Shown here piece by piece: positions 17,152 through 28,087 of a stretch of DNA of 64,000 nucleotides. The notes beneath the pieces are model-generated. The model had not been told where the DNA came from, searched no databases, and worked only from the letters and a program-made list of their open reading frames with translations. Source of the DNA: an uncultured delta proteobacterium (GTDB lineage Bacteria; Desulfobacterota; Binatia; Binatales; Binataceae); the NCBI GenBank assembly GCA_963832395.1, contig CAWHTV010000004.1, positions 200,999 through 264,998 of the forward strand. Reading direction: 5' to 3'. Numbering within the stretch: position 1 is the first letter of the stretch; the number at the start of each line of letters is the position of its first letter. A program made the translations under genes and the position numbers.

Positions 17152-19641
17152 ATGGCGGACTCCACCAACGGCACTTCCAACGGTTCTGCGCAGAAAAGCT
17201 TTCGAGTCATCGGCACCCGGCCCATCCGGCACGACGGAATCGAAAAGGTCACCGGGCGAGCCAAATATGGCGCCGACTACTCATTCCCGGGAATGCTCTA
17301 CGGCAAGGTCCTGCGCAGCCCGCATGCGCACGCCCGGCTAATCGCGATTCGTACGGAAAAGGCGGCCGCGCTGCCCGGCGTGAAGGCGATAATCACCGGC
17401 GACGACCTTCCCGACATTCCCGGCACCACTGCGATGATGGGCGAACTCGTGGTCAACACGCATTACCTGTCGCTCAACGTGATGGCGCGGGGCAAGGTGC
17501 TGTACGACGGTCATGCGGTCGCCGCCGTCGCCGCCACCAGTCCGCATATCGCCGAGGAGGCTCTGCGCCTCATCGAGGTCGACTACGAACCGCTGCCTCC
17601 GGTGATGACCGCCGAGGCCGCGATGAAGCCGGATGCGCCGATCCTGCTGCCCGAGATTCGCCAGAAATTCATCGCCGGGCGCACTGATCCCGGATCGCCC
17701 GAGGGCCCCGACCAGCCGACCAACATCGCCGCGCACATCCAGTTCCAGCGCGGCGACCTCGAGGCCGGCTTTCGCGAGGCCGACTACGTCGTCGAACGCG
17801 AGTTCAAAACCGCCACCGTCCATCAGGGCTATATCGAGCCGCAGAACGCGGTCGCGCTCTACAGCTCAGACGGCCACGCAACCATCTACTGCTCGACCCA
17901 GGGCACCTTCAACGTGCGCACGCTCACAGCCACCGTGCTCAAAATGACCGAGGGCCAAATCAAAGTGGTGCCGGCGGAAATCGGTGGCGGCTTCGGCGGC
18001 AAAACCACCATCTATCTCGAACCGCTGGCCCTGTTGCTCGCGCAAAAGAGCGGACGGCCGGTCAAGATGACGATGAGCCGCGCCGAGGTGCTGCGCGCGA
18101 GCGGTCCGACTTCGGGAACCTGGATCAAGGGTAAGATGGGCGCGACGCGCGACGGCAAAATCACCGCCGCGCAGTTCTGGTTGGCTTACGAGGCGGGGGC
18201 TTATCCCGGCTCGCCGTTCGCGCCGGGCGCGATGTGCTGCACCGGCCCCTACAACATTCCCAACCTGCTTCTCGACTCGTACGACGTGGTGGTCAACCGG
18301 CCCAAGGTCGCGGCCTATCGCGCACCGGGATCGCCAAGCTCGGCGTTCGCCTGCGAATCGCTGCTCGACGAACTCGCGCTGCGCTGCGGAATGGATCCGC
18401 TCGAGATGCGTATCCTCAACGGCGCCCACGAGGGCACTCCGCAACCCGCCGGCCCACCATACAAACGCATCGGTTTCATCGAAACCTGCGAGGCGCTGAA
18501 GAACAGCGAGTATTACCGCTCGCCCCTGGTGGGCCCCAATCGCGGGCGCGGCGTCGCCGCCGGCTTCTGGTTCAACGGTGGCCTGCAATCGGCGGCGGCC
18601 GTCAACCTGCACAACGACGGCACGCTCAGCGTCGTGACCGGCTCGGTCGATATCGGCGGATCGCGCGCCGCGATGGCGATGGTGGCGGCGGAGGTGCTGG
18701 GCGTCGAGGCCGAAGACGTGCGCCCGATCGTCGCCGATACCGACTCGATCGGCCATACCGACGTGACCGGCGGCAGTCGTATCACGCTCGCCACCGGGAT
18801 GGCGGTCTACGAGGCGGCCGAAGACGTGGTGCGCCAGCTCAAGGAGCGCGCCGCCAAGCTGTGGGAGAAGAAACCCGAAGAAGTCGAGTTCAACAACGGG
18901 CGCCTGAGCGCGATCGGCAACGGCGTCAAGCCGATGACGATCAAGGAAATCACGCCGCGCCTTGCCCGCACCGGCGGCCCCATCACCGGCCGCGCGACGC
19001 TCAATGCCGGCGCGGTCGGCGCGGTCGGCAACGCGTTCGCGCTCACCTGCGTCGACGTCGAAGTCGATCCCGATACCGGCAAGGTGAAGATTCTGCGCTG
19101 CGCCGTCGCCCAGGATGTTGGCCGCGCTATCCATCCGTCCTACGTCGAAGGGCAATTGCAGGGCGCCACGGCGCAGGGGATCGGATGGGCGCTCAACGAG
19201 GAATACGTCTACGACGAACGCGGCATCATGCGTAACACCGGGCTGCTGGACTACCGGATGCCGACCTGCCTGGATCTGCCGATGATCGAGACGATTATCG
19301 TCGAAGTCCCCAACCCCAGCCATCCATTAGGCGTGCGCGGCGTGGGCGAAGTCTCGATCGTCTCGCCGATGGCGGCGGTCGCAAACGCCATCTATCGCGC
19401 CGTCGGGGTGCGGATGACCGAGTTGCCGATGTCACCGCCGAAACTGCTCAAGGCGATGCTGCAGCATCGGCGGTCCGGCGAGGAAGTTGCATACCGCGGC
19501 CGCCGACTGATACGAATCGCACGCCCAGATTCTGCTCTTAAAAGCGCTGTCTCGGACTCGATGGCTGGAGGCGCTGGAGCTCGTGCGCTGAAGCAGTCAA
19601 AAGCGAGTGTTGGTCAGTTTAGGCTGGAATTGCGGCAATAA
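17152..19641 (+). CDS. Xanthine dehydrogenase family molybdopterin-binding large subunit, copy 2 (orphan paralogue)
   Basis: ATG 17152 follows GAGG. Collinear with copy 1 over its whole length (FRVIGTRPIRHDG, GGGFGGK, AAYRAPG, ADTDSIGHTDVTGGSR). No frame break in the body. The 3' end is uncertain: an alternative stop TGA 19508-19510 sits in the +1 frame. Confidence 0.85.
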   Translation: MADSTNGTSNGSAQKSFRVIGTRPIRHDGIEKVTGRAKYGADYSFPGMLYGKVLRSPHAHARLIAIRTEKAAALPGVKAIITGDDLPDIPGTTAMMGELVVNTHYLSLNVMARGKVLYDGHAVAAVAATSPHIAEEALRLIEVDYEPLPPVMTAEAAMKPDAPILLPEIRQKFIAGRTDPGSPEGPDQPTNIAAHIQFQRGDLEAGFREADYVVEREFKTATVHQGYIEPQNAVALYSSDGHATIYCSTQGTFNVRTLTATVLKMTEGQIKVVPAEIGGGFGGKTTIYLEPLALLLAQKSGRPVKMTMSRAEVLRASGPTSGTWIKGKMGATRDGKITAAQFWLAYEAGAYPGSPFAPGAMCCTGPYNIPNLLLDSYDVVVNRPKVAAYRAPGSPSSAFACESLLDELALRCGMDPLEMRILNGAHEGTPQPAGPPYKRIGFIETCEALKNSEYYRSPLVGPNRGRGVAAGFWFNGGLQSAAAVNLHNDGTLSVVTGSVDIGGSRAAMAMVAAEVLGVEAEDVRPIVADTDSIGHTDVTGGSRITLATGMAVYEAAEDVVRQLKERAAKLWEKKPEEVEFNNGRLSAIGNGVKPMTIKEITPRLARTGGPITGRATLNAGAVGAVGNAFALTCVDVEVDPDTGKVKILRCAVAQDVGRAIHPSYVEGQLQGATAQGIGWALNEEYVYDERGIMRNTGLLDYRMPTCLDLPMIETIIVEVPNPSHPLGVRGVGEVSIVSPMAAVANAIYRAVGVRMTELPMSPPKLLKAMLQHRRSGEEVAYRGRRLIRIARPDSALKSAVSDSMAGGAGARALKQSKASVGQFRLELRQ

Positions 19642-19686
19642 GGACGTAATTTGAAGATTTTGCGCTTCATTTCATCATAGAACCTA

Positions 19687-19714
19687 TTGCAACTAATTAT
19701 AACTGGCGTACAAT
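19687..19714 (+). promoter_or_regulatory. Candidate sigma70 promoter upstream of the MoxR/VWA genes
   Basis: TTGCAA, 16-nt spacer, TACAAT, in an AT-rich patch about 320 nt upstream of ATG 20036. Confidence 0.3.
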
Positions 19715-20035
19715 GAGTCTCGCTGGCCGGGGTTTGCCCCCCCTTTTCCCGGTTGGCTGGGGCCGGACGGCGCGAGCCGTTCGGCCTCGATTAAATTCTC
19801 TCGCGCTGCCGCGACTCGCGTCTCGCAGATAGGCCGTGATACGCTACGCGTTTGCCGGCGACAAGCCCGCAATTCAAATCAAATTCGGTGGACCGCGGAA
19901 TTCGCGCGACTGAACGTGCAAGGCGATTGACGGTGGGCAATTGGCTGTTCGCAATTGACTGCGCGGTCGAATGACCGCAATGCTCAGCTTCTCAACCGGG
20001 CGAAGTGAACGTCACGCAGGCAACATCCAAACAAG

Positions 20036-20908
20036 ATGAACGTCACGCCCGAATTCGTTAGCGACGGCCTGCGACGCGCGCGCTACATCACCAACGAGCG
20101 CGTCGAGACCGCGGTCTTTCTCGCGCTCGCGCTCGACAAGCCGCTGCTCATCGAAGGGCCGGCCGGCTCGGGCAAGACCGAAGTGGCGAAGGTGCTGGCC
20201 GAGATGCTCGGCGCCGAGCTTATCCGGCTGCAATGCTACGAGGGACTCGACGAGGCGCGCGCGCTTTACGAATGGAACTATCAGAAGCAGCTCTTGCGCC
20301 TCCAGGCCGATCAGCATCAGGGACTGCGCTGGGAAGATGTTTCCGAGCATCTGTTCTCGCGCGAGTACCTGCTCGAGCGCCCGCTGCTGCGCGCGATATC
20401 GTCGCCGCGCAAGGTGGTCCTGCTGATCGACGAGGTCGACAAGGCCGACGAGGAGTTCGAAGCGTTCCTGCTCGAGCTGCTCTCCGACTTCCAGGTCACG
20501 GTTCCCGAACTCGGCACGCTTCGCGCCCGCGAGCATCCGGTGGTCGTGCTGACTTCCAACCGCGCCCGCGAACTGTCAGAGGCGCTCCGCCGCCGCTGTC
20601 TGCATCTGTTCATCGATTTTCCCGGCCTCGAACAGGAACGGCGCATCATCGAGCTCAAGATTCCCGAGCTCGACGCGCTGCTCGCCGCCGACGCCGCGCG
20701 CTTCGTCAATGCGCTGCGCAAGCTCGGGCTCAAGAAACCGCCCTCGATCGCCGAGACGCTCGACTGGGCGCGCGCCCTTCTGCGCCTGGGTGTAACGCAA
20801 CTCGACGCATCCGCGATTCGCTCCGCGCTCGGCGTCTTGCTCAAACACGAGGACGACCGCGCCAAGGTCGAAGCCAAAGCGGGCGCGCTCGCCGCGCGCC
20901 CGCGATGA
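20036..20908 (+). CDS. MoxR-family AAA+ ATPase (CoxD-like maturation factor)
   Basis: Intact 290 aa. Walker A GPAGSGKT and Walker B LLIDEVDKA, with an AAA_5/MoxR layout. Confidence 0.85.
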   Translation: MNVTPEFVSDGLRRARYITNERVETAVFLALALDKPLLIEGPAGSGKTEVAKVLAEMLGAELIRLQCYEGLDEARALYEWNYQKQLLRLQADQHQGLRWEDVSEHLFSREYLLERPLLRAISSPRKVVLLIDEVDKADEEFEAFLLELLSDFQVTVPELGTLRAREHPVVVLTSNRARELSEALRRRCLHLFIDFPGLEQERRIIELKIPELDALLAADAARFVNALRKLGLKKPPSIAETLDWARALLRLGVTQLDASAIRSALGVLLKHEDDRAKVEAKAGALAARPR

Positions 20909-22216
20909 GCACGCTCAGCGCCGAGTTGCTGCGCTTCGTTGGCGAATTGCGCGTGGCCGAAGTGCCGGTGTCGGTGGCCGAAACGCTCGACGCGATGCGC
21001 GCAGTGGCGGCGGCGGGTCTCGCCGACCGCTCGCGGATGCGCGAGGCGTTGGCGGCGGCGCTGGTCAAGGACGAAGCCGACCGCGAATCGTTCGACGAAG
21101 TGTTCGCGCGCTTTTTCGGCGCGGGCGCCGGGACGGCCCGCGAAGCGGGCCGCCCCGGTGCCCATCGCCGTATCGCCTCCGCCGCGGGCGGCGGCCGCGG
21201 CGAACAGGGAGCGTCGGCCCGGGCGCGCGCCGAGCGCGCCCGGGCCGACGCTCCGCCCCATGGCGGCGCGCCACCCAGCGCGCCGCCGCGAGCGAAGTCC
21301 GAGCCGGAGGCGGCGGGCGCCAAAGCGCCCGCCGCCTCCGGCCAAGCCGCGCCGCGCCCCGGCGCGGCGCGAGTCCGCTGCCGCGGGGGGCGGCGTCCTG
21401 AAGGACGCCGCCCCCCTCGGCGAGCGCGCGGCCCAGGCCGGCGCCGGCGTCGAAGCCGACGAGCCCGGGGTCGACGCACGCCGCCAGGCTGCGCTTCGCA
21501 GCGCGCGGCGCGCACCATTCGCGGCATATACCGACCTCGAGTACGAAGCCGCGCGCGACGCGCTGGCGCCGCTCGCGCGCCGCTTCCGCCTGCGATTGGG
21601 CCGCAGGCTTCACGCCGCGCCACGCGGCCGGGTCGATTTCCGCCGCACCATCCGCGCCTCCTTGCAGCACGGCGGCGTATTGGCCGAACTGCGCTTTCGC
21701 GCACGGCGCCCGCGCCACGTCGACCTTCTCATCCTGGCCGACGTTTCGGGCTCCGTACGATACTGCTCGGCGCTGATGCTCGAGCTGGTGGCGGGAGTAT
21801 ACGGACACTTCCGGCGTGTTCGCAGCTTCGTCTTCATCGATCGTCTCGCCGAGGCCGAATTCGCCGGCGGCCATGTCGCGACCGAGCCGGCGCTGGATCT
21901 CTACGCGCGATCGGATTTCGGACGGGTGCTTGGCGAACTATGGGAACGGCGTTCGGAACTGCTTTCACGGACGACGCTGATGGTGATACTGGGGGACGGG
22001 CGTAACAATCGACGGCCGGCACGGGCCGACCTGCTACGCGATTTGCGACGGCTGTGCCGCGCCGTCGTATGGCTGACTCCGGAGCCGACTGAACGATGGG
22101 GTACCGGCGACAGCGCCATCCATCAGTACGCGCGCGAGGTTGACGCGCTGCATCGATGCGCCAACCTGGGCGAGCTTGAGCGTTCGCTCGAGCGTTCGAT
22201 CAGGAGCGCCTTCTGA
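20905..22216 (+). CDS. VWA-domain protein (CoxE-like; frame break in the A/P/R-rich linker near 21370)
   Basis: ATGA overlap with the upstream gene. N-terminus MSTLSAELLRFVGELR in frame 1. C-terminal VWA domain with MIDAS motif LILADVSGSV in frame 2 (ORF 20939..22216). Confidence 0.75.
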
Positions 22217-22344
22217 GAGCGGGTTCAAAAATCTCTCATTTAATCGACTTAGGGTTTGACAGAGCGCTTAAGGGCTGTAAGGATGCGCGGTGCGAATTGC
22301 AATGCCTCTCAAAGACGTTCTTTCAATGAATAATAAGAAGAATC

Positions 22345-23147
22345 TTGCGCTTCGCTGTAGCATCTCTAGTCATGTTTACGCTATTGATTGCAAATCGAGC
22401 GATGGCGCAGACGCCCGCCGGCTCGGTGACCTCGCTCACCGGCGACGTGCATATCGAGCGCGCCGGAACCACCGTACCGGCCACGCCAGGAATGGCGGTC
22501 GACGTAAGCGACCGGATCGTCACCGGCCGCCAATAGCCGCGTCACCATAACCCTGACCGACAACAGCAGGATCGAGCTGGACGAATCGACCTCCCTGGTC
22601 ATCGACCAGCAGACGGTCACGGCCAACTCGCGCAACACCAAGCTGAGCCTGTTCTCGGGCTTGGTGCGTTCATTCGTGTCGTACTCGTCGTCGCCCACGC
22701 CGAACTTCGCGGTGCATACGCCCAACGCGGTCGCCTCGGCGCGCGGCACCCAATACGATACTTCCACCAGCACCCAAGCCGCCCGGCACGATGAGCGAGG
22801 AAGACCGCAAGAAGTACAAGGATTGCCGCAGATTCACCCAGGTATCGGTCTTCGAGGGCACGGTCGAGGTAATCAATTCGACCAACCCCGGCGGCGGATC
22901 GGTGCAGGTACCGGCGGGTCACAAAACATGGGTGGTTTGCGGCTTTGCGCCGTTTCCGCCGAGCGAGATAGCGGCGGCCGGCGCGGCCGCAGGTGCGGCT
23001 GGAATGGCAGTACGCGTGGGCCTGTTCGTCGGCAATGCGATCGTGGTCGGCGGTGTGGTCGGCGGATTGGCCGCCGGCAGGAGCATTCGGCGGTGGCGGC
23101 AGCAGCAATACTACCACCACAAGACCACCAGCACCCCGAAGCAATAG
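22345..23147 (+). CDS. Secreted FecR-domain protein with C-terminal membrane anchor (2-3 frame breaks)
   Basis: Signal peptide ...LLIANRAMAQ. FecR pattern GDVHIERAG...VSDRIVTG / RVTITLTDNSRIELDE / VHTPNAVASARGTQYD / VSVFEGTVEV. Frames run 1, 2, 3 with breaks near 22530 and 22785. ATG 22326 in another frame may be the real start. Confidence 0.65.
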
Positions 23148-23320
23148 CCCGAGCCCTGTCGCCCGCACGATACCTCGTCCGGCTCACACGCGCGACTGCC
23201 CGCGCGCAGAACTGAGTGCTCGGCAGAGACGCGGCACGGGCGCCGCTGGCTTCTCGGCGAGACCGGGCACGGTTGGTCGCCAGTGGCGCAACGCGCTAAG
23301 CTCTGAATCGTTCGCCCGCG

Positions 23321-25575
23321 ATGGCCACGACGACAACTGTCAGAACGCGCCGCCACAGGCACGTATGGCGCCCGCTGCTCATCGGGATCGTCATTCTGAC
23401 CGCGCTCTTCATCTTCAACGGGCTCCATCCCGCCGTCTTCGAGTTGGCCGATCTGAAGGCCTCCGATCTCAGGATGTACGTGACGCGGCGCGCCGCCGCT
23501 GACCGGCGCGGTCGTAATCGCCGCGATCGACGACAAGAGCATCGCCGAGCTGGGCCATTGGCCCTGGCCGCGCAGTGTCGAGGCGCGGCTGAACGATGCG
23601 CTGCGCGACTACAAGGCCGCGATAGTCGGTTACGACGTATTTTTCAGCGAACGTGACGAGGATGATGTTCAGGCCGAGCAGATCGCCGCACGCCTGAAGA
23701 GCGCTCGGCGTTGGCGCGGCGACGGTCGAGCAGACGTTGGGGACCGGCAATGACCTTGCCTTCGCCGAATGCGCGTGAAGGAGCAAGGCGCGACCTTCCT
23801 CAGCTACGCCTTCGAAAGCCATCACTTCGATCTCAAGAGCGCACGGGCAGGATCCTCTCCGCTCCGGTTCCGACCGGCTACAAGACTGAACCGCTCAAGC
23901 CGCCGCCGCTCGGCTACAACCTGGTGCGCGAGTTGCCGGGCGCGGCGCCGGATGTTGATTACGGCGCGCGCCTACCTGCCGCCGATACCGGTGCTCAACA
24001 GCGCGGCGCGTGGAACCGGTTCGTCGATATCGAAGCCGACTCCGACGGCGTATTGCGCTCGGAGATCGCGGTGATTCGTTTCGGCAAGCGCTACTGCGTG
24101 CCGCTATATCTCGGCGCTGACCGCGGCTTACCTCAAGAACGCGCCGCTTCGATTGGTGGTCGGCGCCGACGGTGTGCGCCAGGTCACGCTCGGCGACGAA
24201 GAAATTCCGGTGGACGAACTCGGGCGGATGCTGATCGATTTCCGCGGGCCACCCGGCACGTTTCCCGCCTATTCGATCTCCGACCTCATCGCCCATCGCG
24301 TGCCACCCGCCGCCATAGCCGGCAAAATCGTGCTGGTCGGCCTGACCGCGCATGCGCTCGGTGACCGCAAGGTCACCCCTACCGGCGGCGATTTTCCGGG
24401 CGTCGAGATCCACGCCAACGCGATCGATAACGTGCTGCGCGGCGACTTCGTCAGGCGCTCGCGCGTGGAGGGCGCCGCCGAAGAGGACGCGGTGGCGCTG
24501 GTGCTGGTGCTCGCGATCAGCCTGGCCGCGGCCTATCTCTCGCCGGCTATGGTCGGCGGCGGCCGCGCTGTGGGTGATCGTCGGCTTTTCGGCGTATGCG
24601 CAGTATCGCCTGGTCGACGACGGCGTGTTGATCGACGTCGTTCTGCCGCTGGCCTCGGCACTTCTCACCTACACGGTGCTGGCCACTTACCGCTACATGA
24701 CCGAAGGCAGCGAGAAGCGCTACCTGCGCTCCGCCTTCGAGCACTATCTCAATCCCGACGTGGTCGCGTCGGTGGTCGACGATCCGCAGGGGCTGAGGCT
24801 CAGCGGCGAGCGCCGCCATCTCGCGATCCTGTTCTCCGACATCGTCAACTTCACTTCGCGCGCCGAGCGCTCCGAGCCCGAGCGGGTGGTCGCGCTGCTC
24901 AACACCTACATGAGCGTGATGATCGACATCATCTTCCAGTCGCAAGGCGTGGTGGACAAGCTGATGGGCGACGGGATCATGGCGTTCTGGGGCGCGCCGA
25001 ATGAAATTGAAAATCCCGCGGGCGCCGCGATCGACTGCGCGCTCAAGATGCTCGAAGGACTCCAGCAGCTGCGCAAAACCGACGAACGTTTCGCCGACGT
25101 CGATATCGGTATCGGGATCGCCACCGGCGACGCGGTGGTCGGCAATTTTGGCGGCGCGCAGCGCTTCGATTACTCGGCCGTCGGCGACACGGTCAACCTG
25201 GCCTCGCGCCTGGAGGGGCTGACGCGCCATTTCCACGTCCATCTGCTGGTCAACCGCGAGACCCTGGCCGAAGCCGCCGGCGACTACTGCGCGCGCGAGG
25301 TCGGACTGGTCAAGGTCAAGGGCAAGGAACAGCTCGTGGCGATCGTCGACGTCGCCGGGCGCGCCGGCAACGGAATCGATCCCACCTTTTACGAACGCTT
25401 CAATCGCGCGCTCGAGCACATCCGCAACGGCGAGGCGACCACCGCGAACACGATGCTGCGCACGCTCAGCCGCGAAGCGCCCGACGACGCGCTGGTCAAT
25501 CTCTATCTCGAGAAGATCGTCGCGGCGGCCGACGGCCAGCCGACCGAGATGGTCTTCGAGTTCGACACCAAGTAG
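23321..25575 (+). CDS. CHASE2-sensor adenylate/guanylate cyclase (at least 5 frame breaks in the sensor half)
   Basis: CHASE2-type AIDDKSIAELGHWPWPRS and GVEIHANAIDNVL, transmembrane segments, then an intact class III cyclase domain (AILFSDIVNFTSRAE, GDGIMAFWGAP) in ORF 24352..25575. Confidence 0.8.
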
Positions 25576-25597
25576 CCCCGCGCGGCGCGCGGCAAAC

Positions 25598-26270
25598 TCA
25601 GAGCACGACGAAATCCCGCGTGATGATGAACGGGAACGGATGCGTGGTGTCGATGAAGTTGGGCTCGTCGGCGCGCACCGCGCGGTACTCGGGCGTCGTC
25701 GCCGACTCGCGCATCGCGCCGGTCGAATCGAACCAGACCTCGGCCACGCCGTCGAATGGCGGCTGATGGCCGTCGCGATAGGCGGCCGGCCGCACGTGGC
25801 ACTGCACGTAGCGCCGGACCATCGGGATCTTCGCACCCAGCGGGCCGTGCATTGCCGCTCCAGTGGCGCTGGAACGCCTCGACCTCCATCCCGGGCTTGC
25901 GCATGACGAACTCGACCAGATGCACCATCGACGGATCGGCCGGCGCGTCCTTCTGCATCCGCTCCTCGGTGATGACGAAATCGATCTTCGACAGGTCGAT
26001 AAAATTCGGCTCGTCGGCGCGCACGGCGCGGTACTCCGCGGTCTTCGCGGTTGCGCGCATCGCGTCGGTCGAATCGAACCAGACCTCGGCCACGCCATCG
26101 TAGGCGGGCTCGCCGTTGCGATAGCCCGACGGAATCGTATGGCACTGAACGTAGCGGCGGAGCCCCGGCAACTTGGTGACTATCGCGGCATGTTGCGTGC
26201 GCCAGTATTGTCCGAAGTCGTCGACGCTCATTCCGGGCTTGCGCTTGATAAAGGTAATCGTCTTGACCAT
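25598..26270 (-). CDS. Tandem EthD-domain protein (frame break near 25860)
   Basis: Two EthD-like halves: MVKTITFIKRKPGMSVDDF...AEVWFDSTDAM and MVHLVEFVMRKPGMEVEAF...AEVWFDSTGAM. ORFs 25503..26270 and 25598..26098. Confidence 0.65.
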
Positions 26271-26407
26271 GGTCGATGCCTCCGCGTGCGAAGTCGGCGC
26301 GCCGCGCGTAAGCGCGACTTGAACGCTTAACGATCCAGTACGGTGAGTCTCAAGTTCGTTGAATAAATTCTCCGCCAGTCATCTTCTTTGGCCCCTTCCG
26401 GTGCCTT

Positions 26408-26548
26408 TGTCATCCTGAGCGGCGGCTGCCGGAGCGAAGGATCTCGCGCGGTCCTCCGCGCGCTTTGTGCGATGAGCGACGGTAACACGCGCAAGAGCGC
26501 GCGAGATCCTTCGGCTCTGCTCGCGGACTCGCGTCGCTCAGGATGACA
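26408..26548. repeat. GTCATCCTGAGCG repeat family, copy B (complete palindromic unit of about 140 bp)
   Basis: Arms GTCATCCTGAGCG...GAAGGATCTCGCGCG at 26409-26450, with their reverse complement at 26498-26547. Confidence 0.8.
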
Positions 26549-26583
26549 AGCTCTTGGATGCAGCTTATTGGGGAGACCTCTCA

Positions 26584-28084
26584 CTAGATATCGAATATCT
26601 CGCGCATCTTCGCCAGCAGCCAACTCGAACGGCCGCGCGCGCCGCCGTCGGCCTGTTGCCCGGCGTCGAGCAACTCGCGCCGCTGGCTCAAGCGGGCGGC
26701 GATGATCTCGCTCATCTGCGCGGCGGCGTCGGGATGGCTCTTGAACAGCTCGGTGAAGCCGTTGCGGCTCATCTCGAGAATCTCGACGTCGGTGCGCGCC
26801 CGGATGGTGGCGTTGCGCGGCTCGCCCGTCATCAACGCCATCTCACCGAAGAAAGCCGGGCGGGTCAGCTCAGCGATATGGACCTGCTTGCCGTCGGCGC
26901 CGTTGGTAGTCACATCGACCACGCCGCGGCGGATGATGTAGAAAGTATCGCCAGTATCGCCCTCGCGCATCAGCGCCTCGCCGGCGCCGAACTGGCGCAC
27001 GCGGACCGCGCCGGCCAGTATTCGCACCTCGTCATCGTTGAGTTCGCGGAGAAAATCGACGCCGCGCAGTTCGGAGGCTATTTCGTGCAACGCCTCGGAC
27101 TCCTCGACCCGGCTCTCCTGTCTGAGCACCAGCGTGCGGATGGGGAAAGGAATTTCGATCCCATGGCGGCGCATCGCGTACCACAGACCCGACACGACGC
27201 GGGCATGGATCTGTTCGCTGCGCCCGTAGTCGGCGAGCCAGTACTTGACGCGGTAGCGGATCGCGTAGTCGTCGAATTCCCAGGCTAAAATCTCGGGCTC
27301 CGGATGGCGCAGCACGTCGGGCACGTCGCGCAGCACGTCCAGGATGACCTCGCGCACCCGATTGGGCGGCTCGCCGTAGCCGAGCCCGATCGAAACCTCG
27401 TCGGCCACCGCATGCTTGCCGTAGTTGAACAGCAGGTCCTTGGCCAACTGTGCGTTGGGAATATCGAGCCATTCGTTGGCGCGCGTCACGATCGTCGTCG
27501 CACGCCATCCCACGTCATGCACGCGTTCCAACCTTGTCGGCCACGCGCACCCAATCGCCGGGCTCGAAGGGCCGCGAGATTTGCAGCGTCAGTCCGCTGA
27601 AGATGTTGCCCAGCGTCTCCTGCAGCGCGAAGCCAACCACCACGGTAAGGACGGCCGGAACCGCGAGCAGCGCGGTGACGTCGATCTTGAAAAACGTGCG
27701 CAGCACGACCATCACCACCAGCGCCCACAAGATCAGCGTGAGCAGGTCCCTGAAGATGGTCGAGAAGTGCTCGCGTCCGCGATGGGTCGCGGCGTCGGCC
27801 AGTTCCAGCCCGATCCGGATTACGCCCCACAGGAACAGGATTACCGCGGCGGTATCGACCACGTAGGCAAACCGGGCATGGCCGAGCAGCGGAGTCGCGA
27901 CGTCGACCACCAGCCCGACCCCGGCCATCGCGACCGGCCACGCTCGCAGATTGCCCCGGCGATGGCGCAGCGCCAGCGCGTAGAGCAGCGCGGCGACCGC
28001 CACTATCGACTCGATAAGCGCGCGCGTATCGAAGGGCACGCCGTCGAGCCCGAGCAGGGCCTGGAGTTGGGTTACGTGAGGCAT
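26584..28084 (-). CDS. MscS-family mechanosensitive channel with C-terminal cyclic-nucleotide-binding domain (frame break near 27525)
   Basis: GNIFSGLTLQISRPFEPGDWV (MscS core) followed by a cNMP-binding motif FFGEMALMTGEPRNATIRA. ORFs 27515..28084 and 26584..27531. Confidence 0.8.
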
Positions 28085-28087
28085 CGG

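Noticed and set aside
22256-22284. TTGACA-containing promoter candidate upstream of the FecR-like gene
   Set aside because: No acceptable -10 hexamer at 16-18 nt spacing; the best are TAAGGA and AAGGAT.
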